A DNA stretch of 64,000 bases from Alphaproteobacteria bacterium (GTDB taxonomy: Bacteria > Pseudomonadota > Alphaproteobacteria > Bin95), in assembly GCA_963665325.3 (NCBI GenBank), contig OZ224045.1, positions 2,112,001 through 2,176,000 on the forward strand. The letters are read 5' to 3'. Shown here piece by piece: positions 27,309 through 38,069 of this stretch; within the stretch, counting starts at the first letter, position 1, and the number at the start of each line of letters is the position of its first letter. The notes under the pieces are model-generated. The model was given only the letters and a program-made list of their open reading frames with translations, was not told where the DNA came from and did no database searches. The translations under genes were made by a program, and so were the position numbers.

Positions 27309-28079
27309 ATGGCTGGAACGCCGGGTTATTTCCAAGGTAAGACCATCGTCATCACCGGCGCGGCGAGCGGCATCGGCCGGGCGACCGCGCAGATCTTCAC
27401 CCGCGAGGGCGCAAATGTCGTCGCATGCGACATCGATGACGACGGCAACGAGAACACGGTCGAGATCATCCGCCAGACCGGGGGCAGGGCGCTTGCCGTC
27501 GCCACCGATGTCACCCGCCGCGAGGATGTCGATGCGGCGGTCGCGGAGGCCATCCGGGAGTTCGGGCGGATCGACTTCATGTTCAACTGCGCAGGCGCCG
27601 CGGTGCGACGGTCCGGCTTTCTCGATATCGACGACGATCTCTGGCAGCGGACCTGGGCGATCAATGTGAACGGCGTGCTCTACGGCATGCAGGCGGTGCT
27701 GCCCCACATGCTGGAGAACGGCAAGGGCGTGATCGTGAATGTCGCCTCCATGTCCCACAAGCGGGGCGGGCCCGGCACCTCCGTGCACTACGCCTCCGCC
27801 AAGGGCGCGGTGCTCACCATGTCGCTCGGCGTGGCGCGGGAATTCGCAAGCCGAGGCATACGCTGCCTGTCGATTTCGCCGGGCCCGGTCGAGACTCCGT
27901 TCCAGGCCGCGGCCGCGACGACGCCCGACACGATGGCGACCTTCCTCTCGGACGTGCCGATGGGCCGCTTCGGCAAGCCGGAGGAGATCGGCGAGCTCGT
28001 GCTTTTCATGTGCTCCGACGCCTGCGAGTTCATGACCGCGGACACCGTTTATGTGAACGGCGGCGGCGGCTGGCGGTAA
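27309..28079 (+). CDS. SDR family oxidoreductase
   Basis: TGAASGIG, YASAK, ISPGPVET. Confidence 0.92.
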   Translation: MAGTPGYFQGKTIVITGAASGIGRATAQIFTREGANVVACDIDDDGNENTVEIIRQTGGRALAVATDVTRREDVDAAVAEAIREFGRIDFMFNCAGAAVRRSGFLDIDDDLWQRTWAINVNGVLYGMQAVLPHMLENGKGVIVNVASMSHKRGGPGTSVHYASAKGAVLTMSLGVAREFASRGIRCLSISPGPVETPFQAAAATTPDTMATFLSDVPMGRFGKPEEIGELVLFMCSDACEFMTADTVYVNGGGGWR

Positions 28080-28084
28080 GGCCT

Positions 28085-28651
28085 CTACTGCCCGAAGCGG
28101 TTTTTGGGCTCGGCGGCGAAGGCTTTCTCCTCGGGTGTGGAGGGGCGCCCCAGCACCGCATTGCGGTGGGGGAAACGCCCGAAGCGGCGGATGACCTTGC
28201 GGTGCCTTCGGGCGTATTCGCGGCTGTCGGCGCTGCCCCAGGCGTCAAACAGGCGGACGACGAGATCCTGATCGGCAAGTGCCTCGCTGTGTTCCAGCGG
28301 CATGTAGAGGAATGTGCGGAGCGCGGCCGGCACGGCCCGGTCGAAACCGCGCGCAAGGGCGAAGCGGGAGAGCTCGCGGGCGCGCGGGTCGCCGGCGAAG
28401 GCGCGCGCCGTCCCCCGGTAGATGTTGCGGGGGAACTGGTCGAGCAGCAGGATGAGCGCAAGGCAGTATCGCGGCCGCCAGCGCCAGTCGTCGAAGCCGC
28501 CGGCCAACGCCTCCTCGACGGCTGGTTCGAACCGGCGGCACAGTTCGTCGAATTCCGGTCCGCCCTGGAACCAGGCCTCGCGCGGCCAGCCGAAATCGGG
28601 CGCATCGGGCGGGCCGAACCAGAAGTCGAGCACGGCATCCGGTTCCGTCAT
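28085..28651 (-). CDS. DUF924 family protein
   Basis: VLDFWF, ILLLDQFPRNIYRG, YMPLEHSE, RFGRFPHRN. Confidence 0.9.
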   Translation of the reverse strand: MTEPDAVLDFWFGPPDAPDFGWPREAWFQGGPEFDELCRRFEPAVEEALAGGFDDWRWRPRYCLALILLLDQFPRNIYRGTARAFAGDPRARELSRFALARGFDRAVPAALRTFLYMPLEHSEALADQDLVVRLFDAWGSADSREYARRHRKVIRRFGRFPHRNAVLGRPSTPEEKAFAAEPKNRFGQ

Positions 28652-29607
28652 CCGATCAACCCCTTCTCCTGCAGCAGGCGGTCTAGGCCGCCGGGGTCGC
28701 GCCATTCGATATTTACGGGCACGGTCTCCACCGCGCCGCGTATGTCCGGCGGCAGGCGCACGGCGTCCTTCTCAGTCGTGACGCATCGTGCGCCGAGCGC
28801 CGCCGCCTGCTCAAGGAGCGTCATCGCCTCCTCCGGCCGGTAGGCGTGGTGGTCCGGAAAGGCGCGGAAGTCCACCAGCCGCACGCCCAGCTCCTGCAGC
28901 GTTTCTGCGAATTTGGCCGGGCGCCCGATGCCGGCAAAGCCGAACACGGGCTCGCCCGCGAGCCGCTCGCTGCCCGGCGCCGGCATGAGACGCGCCTCGA
29001 GCCGGGGCAGGCCGTTCGGCAGGGCGCATAGAGGGCTGCCGATCACGATGAGCGCATCGGCCCGCGCATGGGCCGCTTCGGCGGGCTCGCGCAATGGTCC
29101 GGCCGGGAAGACCCGGCCATTGCCGTAGCCGACCGCGCCGTCGGCCACCAGGAGCGCCGCGTCCTTGGCGAGGCTCCCGTTCTGGAAGCCGTCGTCCATC
29201 ACGACGATGCTGGCGCCCGCTTCGGCAGCGGCGAGTGCGCCGGCGGGGCGGTTGCGCGCAACCCAGGCCGGCGCGGCGCGGGCAAGCAGCAGCGGTTCGT
29301 CGCCGACATCGCCCGCACTGTGCGCCGCCGGATCGACCCGCACCGGGCCGCGCTGCCGTCCGCCGTAGCCGCGGGAGAGGAAATGCGGGCGGTGCCCGGC
29401 GGCGGCGAGGCGTTCGGCAACGGCAAGCGCAACCGGGGTCTTGCCGGCCCCGCCCAGCACGGCATTGCCGATGCATACCACCGGAATGGGCGCCCGCCGC
29501 GCTCCGCCCTGTCGGGGACGCGCGATCCGCGCATAGAGCCAGGCCGCAGGGGCAAGCAGCCGGCCTTGCGGCGCGCCCGCATCGTTCCAGAAGGCTGGCG
29601 GACGCAC
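28648..29607 (-). CDS. lpxK: Tetraacyldisaccharide 4'-kinase
   Basis: CIGNAVLGGAGKTP, LSRGYGG, GDEPLLLA, MDDGFQN, TTEKDAVR. Confidence 0.95.
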   Translation of the reverse strand: MRPPAFWNDAGAPQGRLLAPAAWLYARIARPRQGGARRAPIPVVCIGNAVLGGAGKTPVALAVAERLAAAGHRPHFLSRGYGGRQRGPVRVDPAAHSAGDVGDEPLLLARAAPAWVARNRPAGALAAAEAGASIVVMDDGFQNGSLAKDAALLVADGAVGYGNGRVFPAGPLREPAEAAHARADALIVIGSPLCALPNGLPRLEARLMPAPGSERLAGEPVFGFAGIGRPAKFAETLQELGVRLVDFRAFPDHHAYRPEEAMTLLEQAAALGARCVTTEKDAVRLPPDIRGAVETVPVNIEWRDPGGLDRLLQEKGLIG

Positions 29608-29611
29608 AGGC

Positions 29612-30880
29612 TCAGATGCGGGCGAGCAGCGGCGAGAGCGCGCCTAGCACCTCGTCCAGCACGCCGCCGCGGGCGTTGGCCACCGCCGCCGCGCGGGCCG
29701 CCTGCGTGCGCCGCGCTTCGCTGTCGGAAAGCAGTATGCCGATGGCGGACACCAGCTCGTCCCGGTCCGCGACCCGGCGCGCGCCCCCCGCTGCCGCCAG
29801 TTCGGTCACGATCTCGGTGAAATTGAACATGGCCGGCCCGTGTACGAGCGCCGCGCCCAGCCGCGCCGGCTCGAGCGGGTTCTGCCCGCCATGCGGCACC
29901 AGCGAGCCGCCGACGAACACCGCCTCCGCCACGCGGTAGAACAGTCCGAGCTCGTCCAGTGTGTCGATCAGATAGACCCCGGTCGCCGCGCCCGGCAGTT
30001 CCCCGCGCGAGCGCCTGGCGACGGCGAGGCCGTTCTTCACCGAAAGCAGCGTCTCGATCTCGTCGCCGCGTTCGGGGTGGCGGGGCGCAAGCAGGGTCAA
30101 CACACCGGCATGGCTGTGCCTGAGCGCCTCGTGCGCATAGGCGACCTGCGCCTCTTCGCCGGGATGGGTGGAGGCGGCAAGCCAGACCGGCCGGTCGGCC
30201 ACCGCATCTAGCACCGCTTCGAGCGCCGTTTCGTCCGCGCCGAGCGGCGGGGCCGCGTATTTCAGGTTGCCGGGAATACGCACGGGATCGGCCCCCAGCA
30301 TGCGGAACCGCGCCGCATGTTCGGCGTCCTGCGCGAGCGTCACATCGAACGAGTCGAGCAGCCTGCGGGCGAAGCGCGGGAAGCGCCGCCAGCGCCTGAA
30401 GGAGACGGGCGACATGCGCGCATTCAGGAGCGCCGCCGGCACGCTTTGCATTCGGAGCTCGCAAAGCATGTTGGGCCAGAGCTCGGACTCGATCCAGAGC
30501 GCGAGGTCCGGGCGCCAGTGCTTCAGGAAACGGCGCACCCACGCCGTCCTGTCCATGGGGTAGTACTGGTGGATGGCACCCGGCGGCAGGCGCCGTGCCA
30601 GCAGTGTGGCGGCAGTGCGGGTGACGGAGGTTGCGAGCACCGCCGCATCCGGGCGCATGGTGGTGATCCTGTCGATCAGCGGCAGGACGGAGGCGGTTTC
30701 GCCGATGCTTGCGCCGTGGAACCATACCAGCGGCCCGTCGGGCCGCGCCGCGCCGGCGATGCCCCGCCGCTCGGGCAGGCGCGCCGGGTCTTCCCGGCCG
30801 CGCCGCCGGCGGTGGGCGACGTAAAACGGCAGCGCGGGCGCCAGCAGGCCGGTCGCCGCCCGGTAGGCGAGATGCATCAT
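29612..30880 (-). CDS. waaA: Kdo transferase
   Basis: WFHGASIGE, ESELWPN, GNLKY, AASTHPGEE, APRHPER, GGQNPLEPA. Confidence 0.95.
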   Translation of the reverse strand: MMHLAYRAATGLLAPALPFYVAHRRRRGREDPARLPERRGIAGAARPDGPLVWFHGASIGETASVLPLIDRITTMRPDAAVLATSVTRTAATLLARRLPPGAIHQYYPMDRTAWVRRFLKHWRPDLALWIESELWPNMLCELRMQSVPAALLNARMSPVSFRRWRRFPRFARRLLDSFDVTLAQDAEHAARFRMLGADPVRIPGNLKYAAPPLGADETALEAVLDAVADRPVWLAASTHPGEEAQVAYAHEALRHSHAGVLTLLAPRHPERGDEIETLLSVKNGLAVARRSRGELPGAATGVYLIDTLDELGLFYRVAEAVFVGGSLVPHGGQNPLEPARLGAALVHGPAMFNFTEIVTELAAAGGARRVADRDELVSAIGILLSDSEARRTQAARAAAVANARGGVLDEVLGALSPLLARI

Positions 30881-31563
30881 GGCACGGCCCCGGACGGCAG
30901 CGGCTGGTGTCCGCACAGCCGGTCGGCGCGGTCGGTCAGGCTGTCCAGCGCTTCCTGGAGGCGCGGCAAGGCGTCGTCGTCCGAAACCGGCAGCGCTTCG
31001 CCGAACAGATAGACGCCGCGATTGACGGGAAGCGGCAGCAGCAGCCGGTCCCAGCTTCGCAGAAGAACGCGGCGTCGGACCGACCAAGACACCGGCAGGA
31101 TGCGCACCCTGGTGAGCCGCGCGAGAGCCGTCGCCCCCGGATGCGGCACCCCGCGCGGTCCGCGCGGCCCGTCGGGGGTGATCGCCACGATATCTCCTGC
31201 GCGTACCAGCCTGACCAGCCGACGCAGCGCCAGCGCCCCGCCGCGCTCGGTCGAGCCGGAGACGGTATGCAGGCCGAAACCCTCTGCGATGGAGCCGCCG
31301 ATCTGGCCGTCGCGATGCGCGGAAATGAGCACATGCGTGCGGTCGGGCCAGGGCCAGTCCACCGGAAAGAGCATCAGCCGGCCATGCCAGAAGCAGACCA
31401 CGGCGCTGCCGTCTTCCTTCAGCGCCGTTTCCAGGTGCTCGCGCCCTTCGACGCGCCAGCGCGTCGTGCCGGCCACCAGCCGGACATAGGCGACCAGCAA
31501 CCGCTTCGCGAGGCGCTGCGCCGCCGGGTGGCGCAACAGCCGCCTGCCGAGGCGTCTAGGCAA
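30877..31563 (-). CDS. DUF374 / lysophospholipid acyltransferase family protein
   Basis: CFWHGRL, LISAHRDG, GSTERGG, ITPDGPRGP; TTG start inferred. Confidence 0.85.
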   Translation of the reverse strand: MPRRLGRRLLRHPAAQRLAKRLLVAYVRLVAGTTRWRVEGREHLETALKEDGSAVVCFWHGRLMLFPVDWPWPDRTHVLISAHRDGQIGGSIAEGFGLHTVSGSTERGGALALRRLVRLVRAGDIVAITPDGPRGPRGVPHPGATALARLTRVRILPVSWSVRRRVLLRSWDRLLLPLPVNRGVYLFGEALPVSDDDALPRLQEALDSLTDRADRLCGHQPLPSGAVP

Positions 31564-33325
31564 TGCGGCGGTCCGCTTCGGCGAACTGGAGCGCATGCAG
31601 GCGTGCATAGACGCCGCTCCGCGCCAGAAGCGCACCGTGAGCACCCGACTCGATAACCCGGCCCTTGTCGATGACATGAATGACGTCGGCATTGGCCACG
31701 GTGGAGAGGCGGTGCGCGATGACGACGGTTGTGCGGCCCTGCTTCAGCCGCTCGAGCGCGGCCTGGACCAGCCGCTCGGTCTCGGTGTCGAGCGCCGAGG
31801 TCGCTTCGTCCAGCAGCAGGATAGGCGCGTCCTTCAACATGGCGCGCGCGATGGCGATGCGCTGGCGCTGGCCGCCCGAGAGCCTGACGCCGAACTCCCC
31901 GACCCGCGTCCGGTAACCTTCCGGCATGGCCTCGACGAAGTCATGCGCGCCCGCGTTGCGCGCGGCGGCCTCGACCTCCTCCTCCGCCGCGTCCGGCCGC
32001 CCGCAGGCGATATTGGCGTGAATGCTGTCGTCGAACAGCGAAACCTCCTGGCTCACCAGCGCGATCTTGTCCCTGAGCGAGGCGAGGGTGACGCCGCGCA
32101 GGTCCTGCCCGTCTATGGCCACCCGGCCGGCTTTGACATCGTAGAAGCGCGGAATGAGGTTGAGGATCGTAGTCTTGCCGGCCCCGGAAGCCCCGACCAG
32201 GGCCGATGTGCGGCCCGCCGGAAAGGTGAGCGAGAGGCCGGATAGCGCCGCCGGTCCTCCCGAATAGGAGAAAGACACATCCTCGAACGCGATTTCGCCG
32301 CGTTCGACGCGGAGCGGCACGGCGTCCGGCGCATCCACGATTTCGGGTTTCCGGTCCAGCAGTTCGAAGCAGCGCTGCGCGCCAACCAGTCCCTGCTGGA
32401 TGGCGGCGTTGACGCTGACGAGATGCTTGACCGGCCGGTAGGCGATCAGGAAGGCCGTGAGGAAGGCGACGATGGTGCCCGGCGTTATGTTGCCGGCGGC
32501 GACCTGCCCGCCGCCGTAGAAGATGACGGCCGCGATGGCGACAGCGCCCAGGAACTCCATGATCGGACGGGAGATCGCCTGCACGCGCACTGTCTTGATC
32601 GTCAGGCGCCGGATGCGATCGATGGCGGTGTCAGCTTCCCTGCGCTCGCGTTCCTCCAACCGGTAGGCCTTGATGTGGCGGATGCCGGTGAGCGTTTGTT
32701 CGAGCGTGGCGGTGAACTCGCCCCAGCTCGTCTGCGTGGAGCGCGTGATCCGGCGGATGCGCCGGCCGATGCGCAGGACCAGGATGAGCGTCGTCGGGAA
32801 CACGAACAGCACGATCAGGGAAAGCAGCCAGTCCTGGTAGAACAGCACGCCTAGCACGAAGACGATGGTAAGGCTGTCCCTGCCCAGCGTGAGCAGCGTT
32901 GTGGACAGCGCCCCGCGCATCAGGTTCACATCGTTGGTGAAGCGCGAGATCAGCGCGCCGGTGCGGCTGTTGTCGAAAAACACCAGGTCCGCGTGGACCA
33001 GATGGCCGAACATCGCGGACTGGAAGGAGGCGACCACGCCCTGACCGACCCTGGCGAGAATGACGGCCGAAAAATAGGCCGAGAAGCCTTGCACCAGGCC
33101 CAGCGCGAAGATCGTCAGGGAAACGAAAACGATCAGCGCTTCGTTTCCTGCGACCAGTACCTCGTCGACCAGCTCCTGCACTACGCGGATGTAGCCGGCC
33201 TGCGCGGCGGCGCTCAGCGCCATCGCCAGCGCGGCCAGGCGGAGCGCCGGCAGGTTGGCGCGGATATGGCCTCGCCAGAGGCGGCCGATCAGCGCGCGGA
33301 CGGGAAGGTCCTGGGGGGAAGCCAT
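31556..33325 (-). CDS. msbA: Lipid A flippase-type ABC transporter
   Basis: TMD plus GASGAGKTT, LSGGQRQR, LDEATSALD; adjacent to waaA and lpxK. Confidence 0.88.
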   Translation of the reverse strand: MASPQDLPVRALIGRLWRGHIRANLPALRLAALAMALSAAAQAGYIRVVQELVDEVLVAGNEALIVFVSLTIFALGLVQGFSAYFSAVILARVGQGVVASFQSAMFGHLVHADLVFFDNSRTGALISRFTNDVNLMRGALSTTLLTLGRDSLTIVFVLGVLFYQDWLLSLIVLFVFPTTLILVLRIGRRIRRITRSTQTSWGEFTATLEQTLTGIRHIKAYRLEERERREADTAIDRIRRLTIKTVRVQAISRPIMEFLGAVAIAAVIFYGGGQVAAGNITPGTIVAFLTAFLIAYRPVKHLVSVNAAIQQGLVGAQRCFELLDRKPEIVDAPDAVPLRVERGEIAFEDVSFSYSGGPAALSGLSLTFPAGRTSALVGASGAGKTTILNLIPRFYDVKAGRVAIDGQDLRGVTLASLRDKIALVSQEVSLFDDSIHANIACGRPDAAEEEVEAAARNAGAHDFVEAMPEGYRTRVGEFGVRLSGGQRQRIAIARAMLKDAPILLLDEATSALDTETERLVQAALERLKQGRTTVVIAHRLSTVANADVIHVIDKGRVIESGAHGALLARSGVYARLHALQFAEADRRIA

Positions 33326-33479
33326 AAGGTGCGCTTCATAACACGAGCGGGCGACAGGCGGGAGCGTCGATGCGCGCCCGGACGGGACAGTTGCTTGTCT
33401 CGCGGGAGCAGGCGTAAAGTCGCCGAGGCTGAAGCAGGGTCCGGGGGAACCGGACTTCACATCTGGGAGGATGCCTACC

Positions 33480-34652
33480 ATGAAACGTTCGCTTCTTGTT
33501 GCGACAGCAACGGCAGCGGTCCTGACCGCCGGCGCCGTCCAGGCTGACGAGATCAGGATCGGGGTGCTCTATCCGATCGCCGGAACCGGAGCGGTTTACG
33601 GCGAGCCGGCGATGCACGGCCACAATATGGCCGTGGACGAACTCAATGCCGCGGGCGGCATCCTCGGCAAGAAGATCGTGAGCTTCGCCCGCGACACCAA
33701 GCTGAAGCCGGCCGCCGCCTCGGCTGCCGCCAAGGAGCTGATCACCAAGGACGACGTCAACGTGCTGGTCGGCGGGCTCTCCTCGGCCGTCGGCCTCGCG
33801 ATTTCCGAAGTCGCGCGGCAGGAGGGGGTCGTCTATGTCGCGACGATCCCGAAGACGATCAAGCTCACCACCGAAAAGCGCCACGACCATGTCTTCCGGA
33901 CCGCCTCGCATACGGACTTCGAAGGCGATGCGATGGGCCAGATCGTCGCCAAGCTCGGGCTGAAGAAGATCTGCGACATCCAGCTCGACTACGCCTACGG
34001 CCACGACCTCGCCGCCGGCATCGAGAAAGGGCTGAAGCGCCATGCGCCGGACGCCGAGAAAGTGCTGGACCTGCGCGTCAAGCTCGGCGCGACGGACTAC
34101 AACGCCTTCATTTCCCAGATCATGGGCGCGGGCTGCGACGGCGTGACGAGCGGCCTCTGGGGCTCGCATTTCGTCAACTTCGCCCAGCAGGGCAGCCCGT
34201 TCGGCCTCTTCAACCAGATCAAGTACATCTCGGGCGGCGAGATCGCGAGCCACGAGATCGCCGGCAAGATGAAGGGCGACTATCCGGACAATGTGTGGTC
34301 GAACACCTATGAGCTCTGGTACCACCACCACGATCCGAGCCATGTTGCCTTCCAGGAGGCGTTGGCCGAGCGTTCCGGTACCAAGGAAACGGCCATGTGG
34401 CCGGTGCTCGCCTATATCGGCGTGAAGTTCATCGCGGCCGCCGCCGAGAAGGCCGGCTCGATGGACGCGGATGCGCTTGCCGCCGCGCTGAAGGGCATGA
34501 GCATCAGCACGCCCGTCGGCCCGCGCACCATCGACCCGGAGACCCACCAGGCCGATACCGGCCAGTTCTGGGGCCCGATGGTCAAGAAAGAAGGCGTGGA
34601 CTACCGTGTGATGGACCCGGTGACCCTCATCCCGGCGGTCATCGCAGAATAG
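33480..34652 (+). CDS. LivJ-type ABC substrate-binding protein
   Basis: Signal peptide, IRIGVLYPIAG, NAAGGILG, DYAYG. Confidence 0.9.
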   Translation: MKRSLLVATATAAVLTAGAVQADEIRIGVLYPIAGTGAVYGEPAMHGHNMAVDELNAAGGILGKKIVSFARDTKLKPAAASAAAKELITKDDVNVLVGGLSSAVGLAISEVARQEGVVYVATIPKTIKLTTEKRHDHVFRTASHTDFEGDAMGQIVAKLGLKKICDIQLDYAYGHDLAAGIEKGLKRHAPDAEKVLDLRVKLGATDYNAFISQIMGAGCDGVTSGLWGSHFVNFAQQGSPFGLFNQIKYISGGEIASHEIAGKMKGDYPDNVWSNTYELWYHHHDPSHVAFQEALAERSGTKETAMWPVLAYIGVKFIAAAAEKAGSMDADALAAALKGMSISTPVGPRTIDPETHQADTGQFWGPMVKKEGVDYRVMDPVTLIPAVIAE

Positions 34653-34663
34653 CGGCACTGAAG

Positions 34664-34703
34664 AAGCGCGGCCGGCCCTTCCGCCGGCCGCGCTTTCCCT
34701 TTT
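34664..34703 (+). terminator. Intergenic hairpin / intrinsic terminator
   Basis: AAGCGCGGCCGGC-CCTTCC-GCCGGCCGCGCTT followed by TCCCTTTT. Confidence 0.65.
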
Positions 34704-34727
34704 CCGACACAGGAACGGAGCCCGTCC

Positions 34728-35672
34728 GTGGACTCCATCATCCAGTTCGTGCAGCAGGATCTGGGCAATCCGGGGCTGGCGGCTCTGCTGTCCAACCCGT
34801 CTTTCGCTTTCATCCAGCTCATGAATTCCTTCTCGCAGGCGATGAACCTGTTCATTATCGCCGCGGGCCTGTCGCTGATCTTCGGCGTCTTGCGCGTCAT
34901 CAACTTCGCGCATGGCGCCTTCTATATGTTCGGCGCCTATATCGTTTATTCCGTTGCCCAGGAATGGACCGGCAATTTCTGGCTGGGCGTCGCCGCCGCC
35001 GGCCTCGGCCTCGCGGTGATGGCGGTCGTGATCGAGCGCGGCCTCTTCCAGTATATCTACGACAAGGAGCATCTCATGCAGTTGCTCCTGACCTTCGCCG
35101 TCGTTCTGATTCTCTCCGACGTCGCGAAGATAATCTGGGGGACCGACCAGTACAGCGTCTCCTATCCGGCGAGCATGAAGGGCGCCGTCGATCTGGGCGT
35201 CACCTCCTATCCGACCTACCGGCTGTTCCTGATCATGGTCGGCCCCGCCATCGCCATCGGGCTCTGGCTGTTTATCGAGCGCACGCGCTTCGGGCGCCTG
35301 ACCCGCGCCGCTACGCAGGACCGCGAAATGCTCTCTGCGCTGGGCGTCAATGTGCCGATCATCTACACCGGCGTCTTCATCTTGGGATCGGTGCTGGCCG
35401 GCATCGGCGGCGGGCTCGCCGCGCCGTTCAACTCGCCGACGCCCGGCATGGATGCGACGATCATTGTCGATTGCTTCGTCATCGTCATCGTCGGCGGCCT
35501 CGGCTCGATCTGGGGCAGCTTCATCGGCGCGATCATCTATGGGCTGGTCTTCAATTACGGCTCGGTGATCGTGCCCAACTGGCAGGACGTCTTCCCGTTC
35601 CTGATCCTGCTGGCGGTGCTGCTGGTCCGGCCGTGGGGCCTCTTCGGCAAGCCCGAGGGGGGGAACGCCTGA
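34728..35672 (+). CDS. LivH-type ABC permease
   Basis: GLSLIFGVLRVINFAHG, GGLGSIWG. Confidence 0.9.
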   Translation: MDSIIQFVQQDLGNPGLAALLSNPSFAFIQLMNSFSQAMNLFIIAAGLSLIFGVLRVINFAHGAFYMFGAYIVYSVAQEWTGNFWLGVAAAGLGLAVMAVVIERGLFQYIYDKEHLMQLLLTFAVVLILSDVAKIIWGTDQYSVSYPASMKGAVDLGVTSYPTYRLFLIMVGPAIAIGLWLFIERTRFGRLTRAATQDREMLSALGVNVPIIYTGVFILGSVLAGIGGGLAAPFNSPTPGMDATIIVDCFVIVIVGGLGSIWGSFIGAIIYGLVFNYGSVIVPNWQDVFPFLILLAVLLVRPWGLFGKPEGGNA

Positions 35673-35673
35673 A

Positions 35674-36615
35674 ATGACCGGCCCGATGACCCGTCCGGTC
35701 CTGGCCGCCTGCGCGGTCGTGCTGGTCCTGCTCGCACTGGTACCGGTGCTGGAATCGAACTACCTGATAGACCTCTTCAACGAGATCATGATCTACGCGC
35801 TTTTCGCGCTCAGCCTGAATGTCATTATCGGCTATTCGGGCAATGTCTCCTTCGGGCATGCCGCCTATTTCGCCATCGGCGGTTACACCATGGCGATCCT
35901 GCTCACGACTTACCAGTGGCCGCTGCTGCCTGCTTTCGCGGCTTCGGTTGCGTTCTCGTTCGTTGCCTCCGGCGTGGTCGCCTATTTCTGCACGCGGCTG
36001 ACCGACATCTATTTCGCCATGCTGACGCTCGCCTTCTCCATGCTGGTCTGGGGCGTCGCCTTCAAATGGCGGTCGATGACCGGCGGCGACGACGGTTTCG
36101 TCGGCGTGGATGTGCCGGCCTTCATCGCCGAGCGGGTGCCGTTCTACTATTTCTCGTTGGTCGTGATCGCGATAGCGGTGGCGGTGCTCTGGGTCATCTG
36201 CCATTCCGCTTTCGGGCGTGCCCTGCTGGCGGTGCGCGAGAACCCGGTTCGCGCGGGCTTCGTCGGTATCAACACACGGCTGATGCGCTGGTGGGCGTTC
36301 GTCGTGGCGGGCACGTTCGCCGGAATAGCGGGCTCGCTGTTCGCCATGGTACATCGCGGCATGTACACGGAGTCGGCGTTCTGGCCCGAGAGTGCGACCG
36401 TGCTCATCATGACCCTGCTGGGTGGCATGTACTCCTTCTTCGGCCCGGCGATCGGGGCCGCGAGCCTGTTCCTGCTGGAGCGGTTGACCAACGAATACAC
36501 TGAATACTGGCCGCTGGTGCTTGGCACGATCCTGCTGGTGATCCTGATGTTCCTGCCCGAGGGGCTGGCGGGGTTGGCGCAGGCGGTCCGCCGCCAGCTC
36601 CAGCGGGAGCGCTGA
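35674..36615 (+). CDS. LivM-type ABC permease
   Basis: VSFGHAAYF, YFAMLTLAF, TGGDDG. Confidence 0.9.
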   Translation: MTGPMTRPVLAACAVVLVLLALVPVLESNYLIDLFNEIMIYALFALSLNVIIGYSGNVSFGHAAYFAIGGYTMAILLTTYQWPLLPAFAASVAFSFVASGVVAYFCTRLTDIYFAMLTLAFSMLVWGVAFKWRSMTGGDDGFVGVDVPAFIAERVPFYYFSLVVIAIAVAVLWVICHSAFGRALLAVRENPVRAGFVGINTRLMRWWAFVVAGTFAGIAGSLFAMVHRGMYTESAFWPESATVLIMTLLGGMYSFFGPAIGAASLFLLERLTNEYTEYWPLVLGTILLVILMFLPEGLAGLAQAVRRQLQRER

Positions 36616-36619
36616 GGCC

Positions 36620-37375
36620 ATGCTGAAGATAGACGGCCTCTTCAAGCAGTTCGGCGGCTTCGTGGCCATAAACGATGTCTCCTTCGAGCTCATCGAAGGC
36701 GAGAAGCACGCTATCATCGGACCGAACGGCGCCGGCAAGACGACCTTCTTCAACCTGGTCACGGGCCATTTGCTGCCGGACCGGGGCACTGTCGCTTTCC
36801 AAGGCGACGACATCACCGGCCGGCCGCCGCACCGAATCGTCAAGCTCGGCCTCGCTCGCTCTTTCCAGCGGATCAACATTTATCCGCGCATGTCGGTGTT
36901 CGAGAATGTCCAGGTGGCGCTTATCGCCCGGGAGCGGCGCGAGTTCCGCTTCTTCACGCTCGCCGCGGGACTCTGCGGCCCCGAAACGCGCGCGCTGCTG
37001 GAGCTTGTCAGCCTCGCCGACGAGGCGGAGGAGCTCGCCGGCGAACTCGCCTATGGCAAACAGAAGCAGTTGGAACTTGCCATCGCCCTGGCGGAAAACC
37101 CCCGGGTGCTGCTGCTCGATGAGCCGACCGCCGGCATGTCGCCGAGCGAGACCGAGGAAGCGATCCGGCTGATCCGTGAGATTGCCGACGCGCGTGGCCT
37201 GACGCTGCTGTTCACCGAGCACGACATGACGGTGGTGTTCGGCATCGCCGACCGGATCACGGTTCTGCACCACGGTGAGGTCATCGCGTCGGGAGCGCCG
37301 GAGGCCGTGCGCAGCGATCCGATGGTGCGCCAAGTCTATCTCGGCGACGAGGAGGTGGGGAATGGCGCAGCTTGA
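36620..37375 (+). CDS. LivG-type ABC ATPase
   Basis: GPNGAGKTT, LLDEPTAGM, EHDM. Confidence 0.92.
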   Translation: MLKIDGLFKQFGGFVAINDVSFELIEGEKHAIIGPNGAGKTTFFNLVTGHLLPDRGTVAFQGDDITGRPPHRIVKLGLARSFQRINIYPRMSVFENVQVALIARERREFRFFTLAAGLCGPETRALLELVSLADEAEELAGELAYGKQKQLELAIALAENPRVLLLDEPTAGMSPSETEEAIRLIREIADARGLTLLFTEHDMTVVFGIADRITVLHHGEVIASGAPEAVRSDPMVRQVYLGDEEVGNGAA

Positions 37376-38069
37376 AGCCAGGAACCTGCACACCTCCTAT
37401 GGGCTCTCACGAGTGCTGTTCGGTGTCTCCTTCGAGGTCGAGCAGGGCTCCTGCATCGCCCTGATCGGGCGCAATGGAGTCGGCAAGACCACCACCATGC
37501 GCTCGCTTATCGGCCTGACGCCGCCCTCCGAAGGCGAGGTGGTCTGGGAAGGCCGCCAGATCTCCGGGTTCGCCCCGCATACCGTTGCCAAGCTGGGCAT
37601 CGGCTTCGTGCCCGAGGACCGGCGCATTTTCCCGGAGCTTACCGTGTGGGAGAACCTCGACATTGCGCGCCGGCCTGCAGAGCCGGGGCGGCAGGCCTGG
37701 GGCGAGGACGAAGTGTTCGACCTGTTCCCCGATCTCAGGGATATCCAGTCGCGGGCGGGCGGCGTGCTTTCGGGCGGCCAGCAGCAGATGCTCACCATCG
37801 CCCGCTCGCTGATGGGTAATCCGCGGCTGCTGCTGCTCGACGAGCCGTCGGAGGGTCTGGCCCCGCGCGTCGTGGAGACGCTCCGCGAGCGCGTGCGGAC
37901 GCTCAAGGAAAGCGGCCTTTCGATCATTCTGGCGGAACAGAATCTCGGTTTCGTGCTGGCGCTTTCGGACATGTGCCATATCATGGAGAAGGGCGAGATC
38001 GTTTATTCCGGCACGCCCGGCCATCTGCGCGAGAACCGCGATGTGCTCGACAGGCATCTGACGCTTTGA
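37362..38069 (+). CDS. LivF-type ABC ATPase
   Basis: GRNGVGKTT, LSGGQQQM, LDEPSEGLAP. Confidence 0.92.
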   Translation: MAQLEARNLHTSYGLSRVLFGVSFEVEQGSCIALIGRNGVGKTTTMRSLIGLTPPSEGEVVWEGRQISGFAPHTVAKLGIGFVPEDRRIFPELTVWENLDIARRPAEPGRQAWGEDEVFDLFPDLRDIQSRAGGVLSGGQQQMLTIARSLMGNPRLLLLDEPSEGLAPRVVETLRERVRTLKESGLSIILAEQNLGFVLALSDMCHIMEKGEIVYSGTPGHLRENRDVLDRHLTL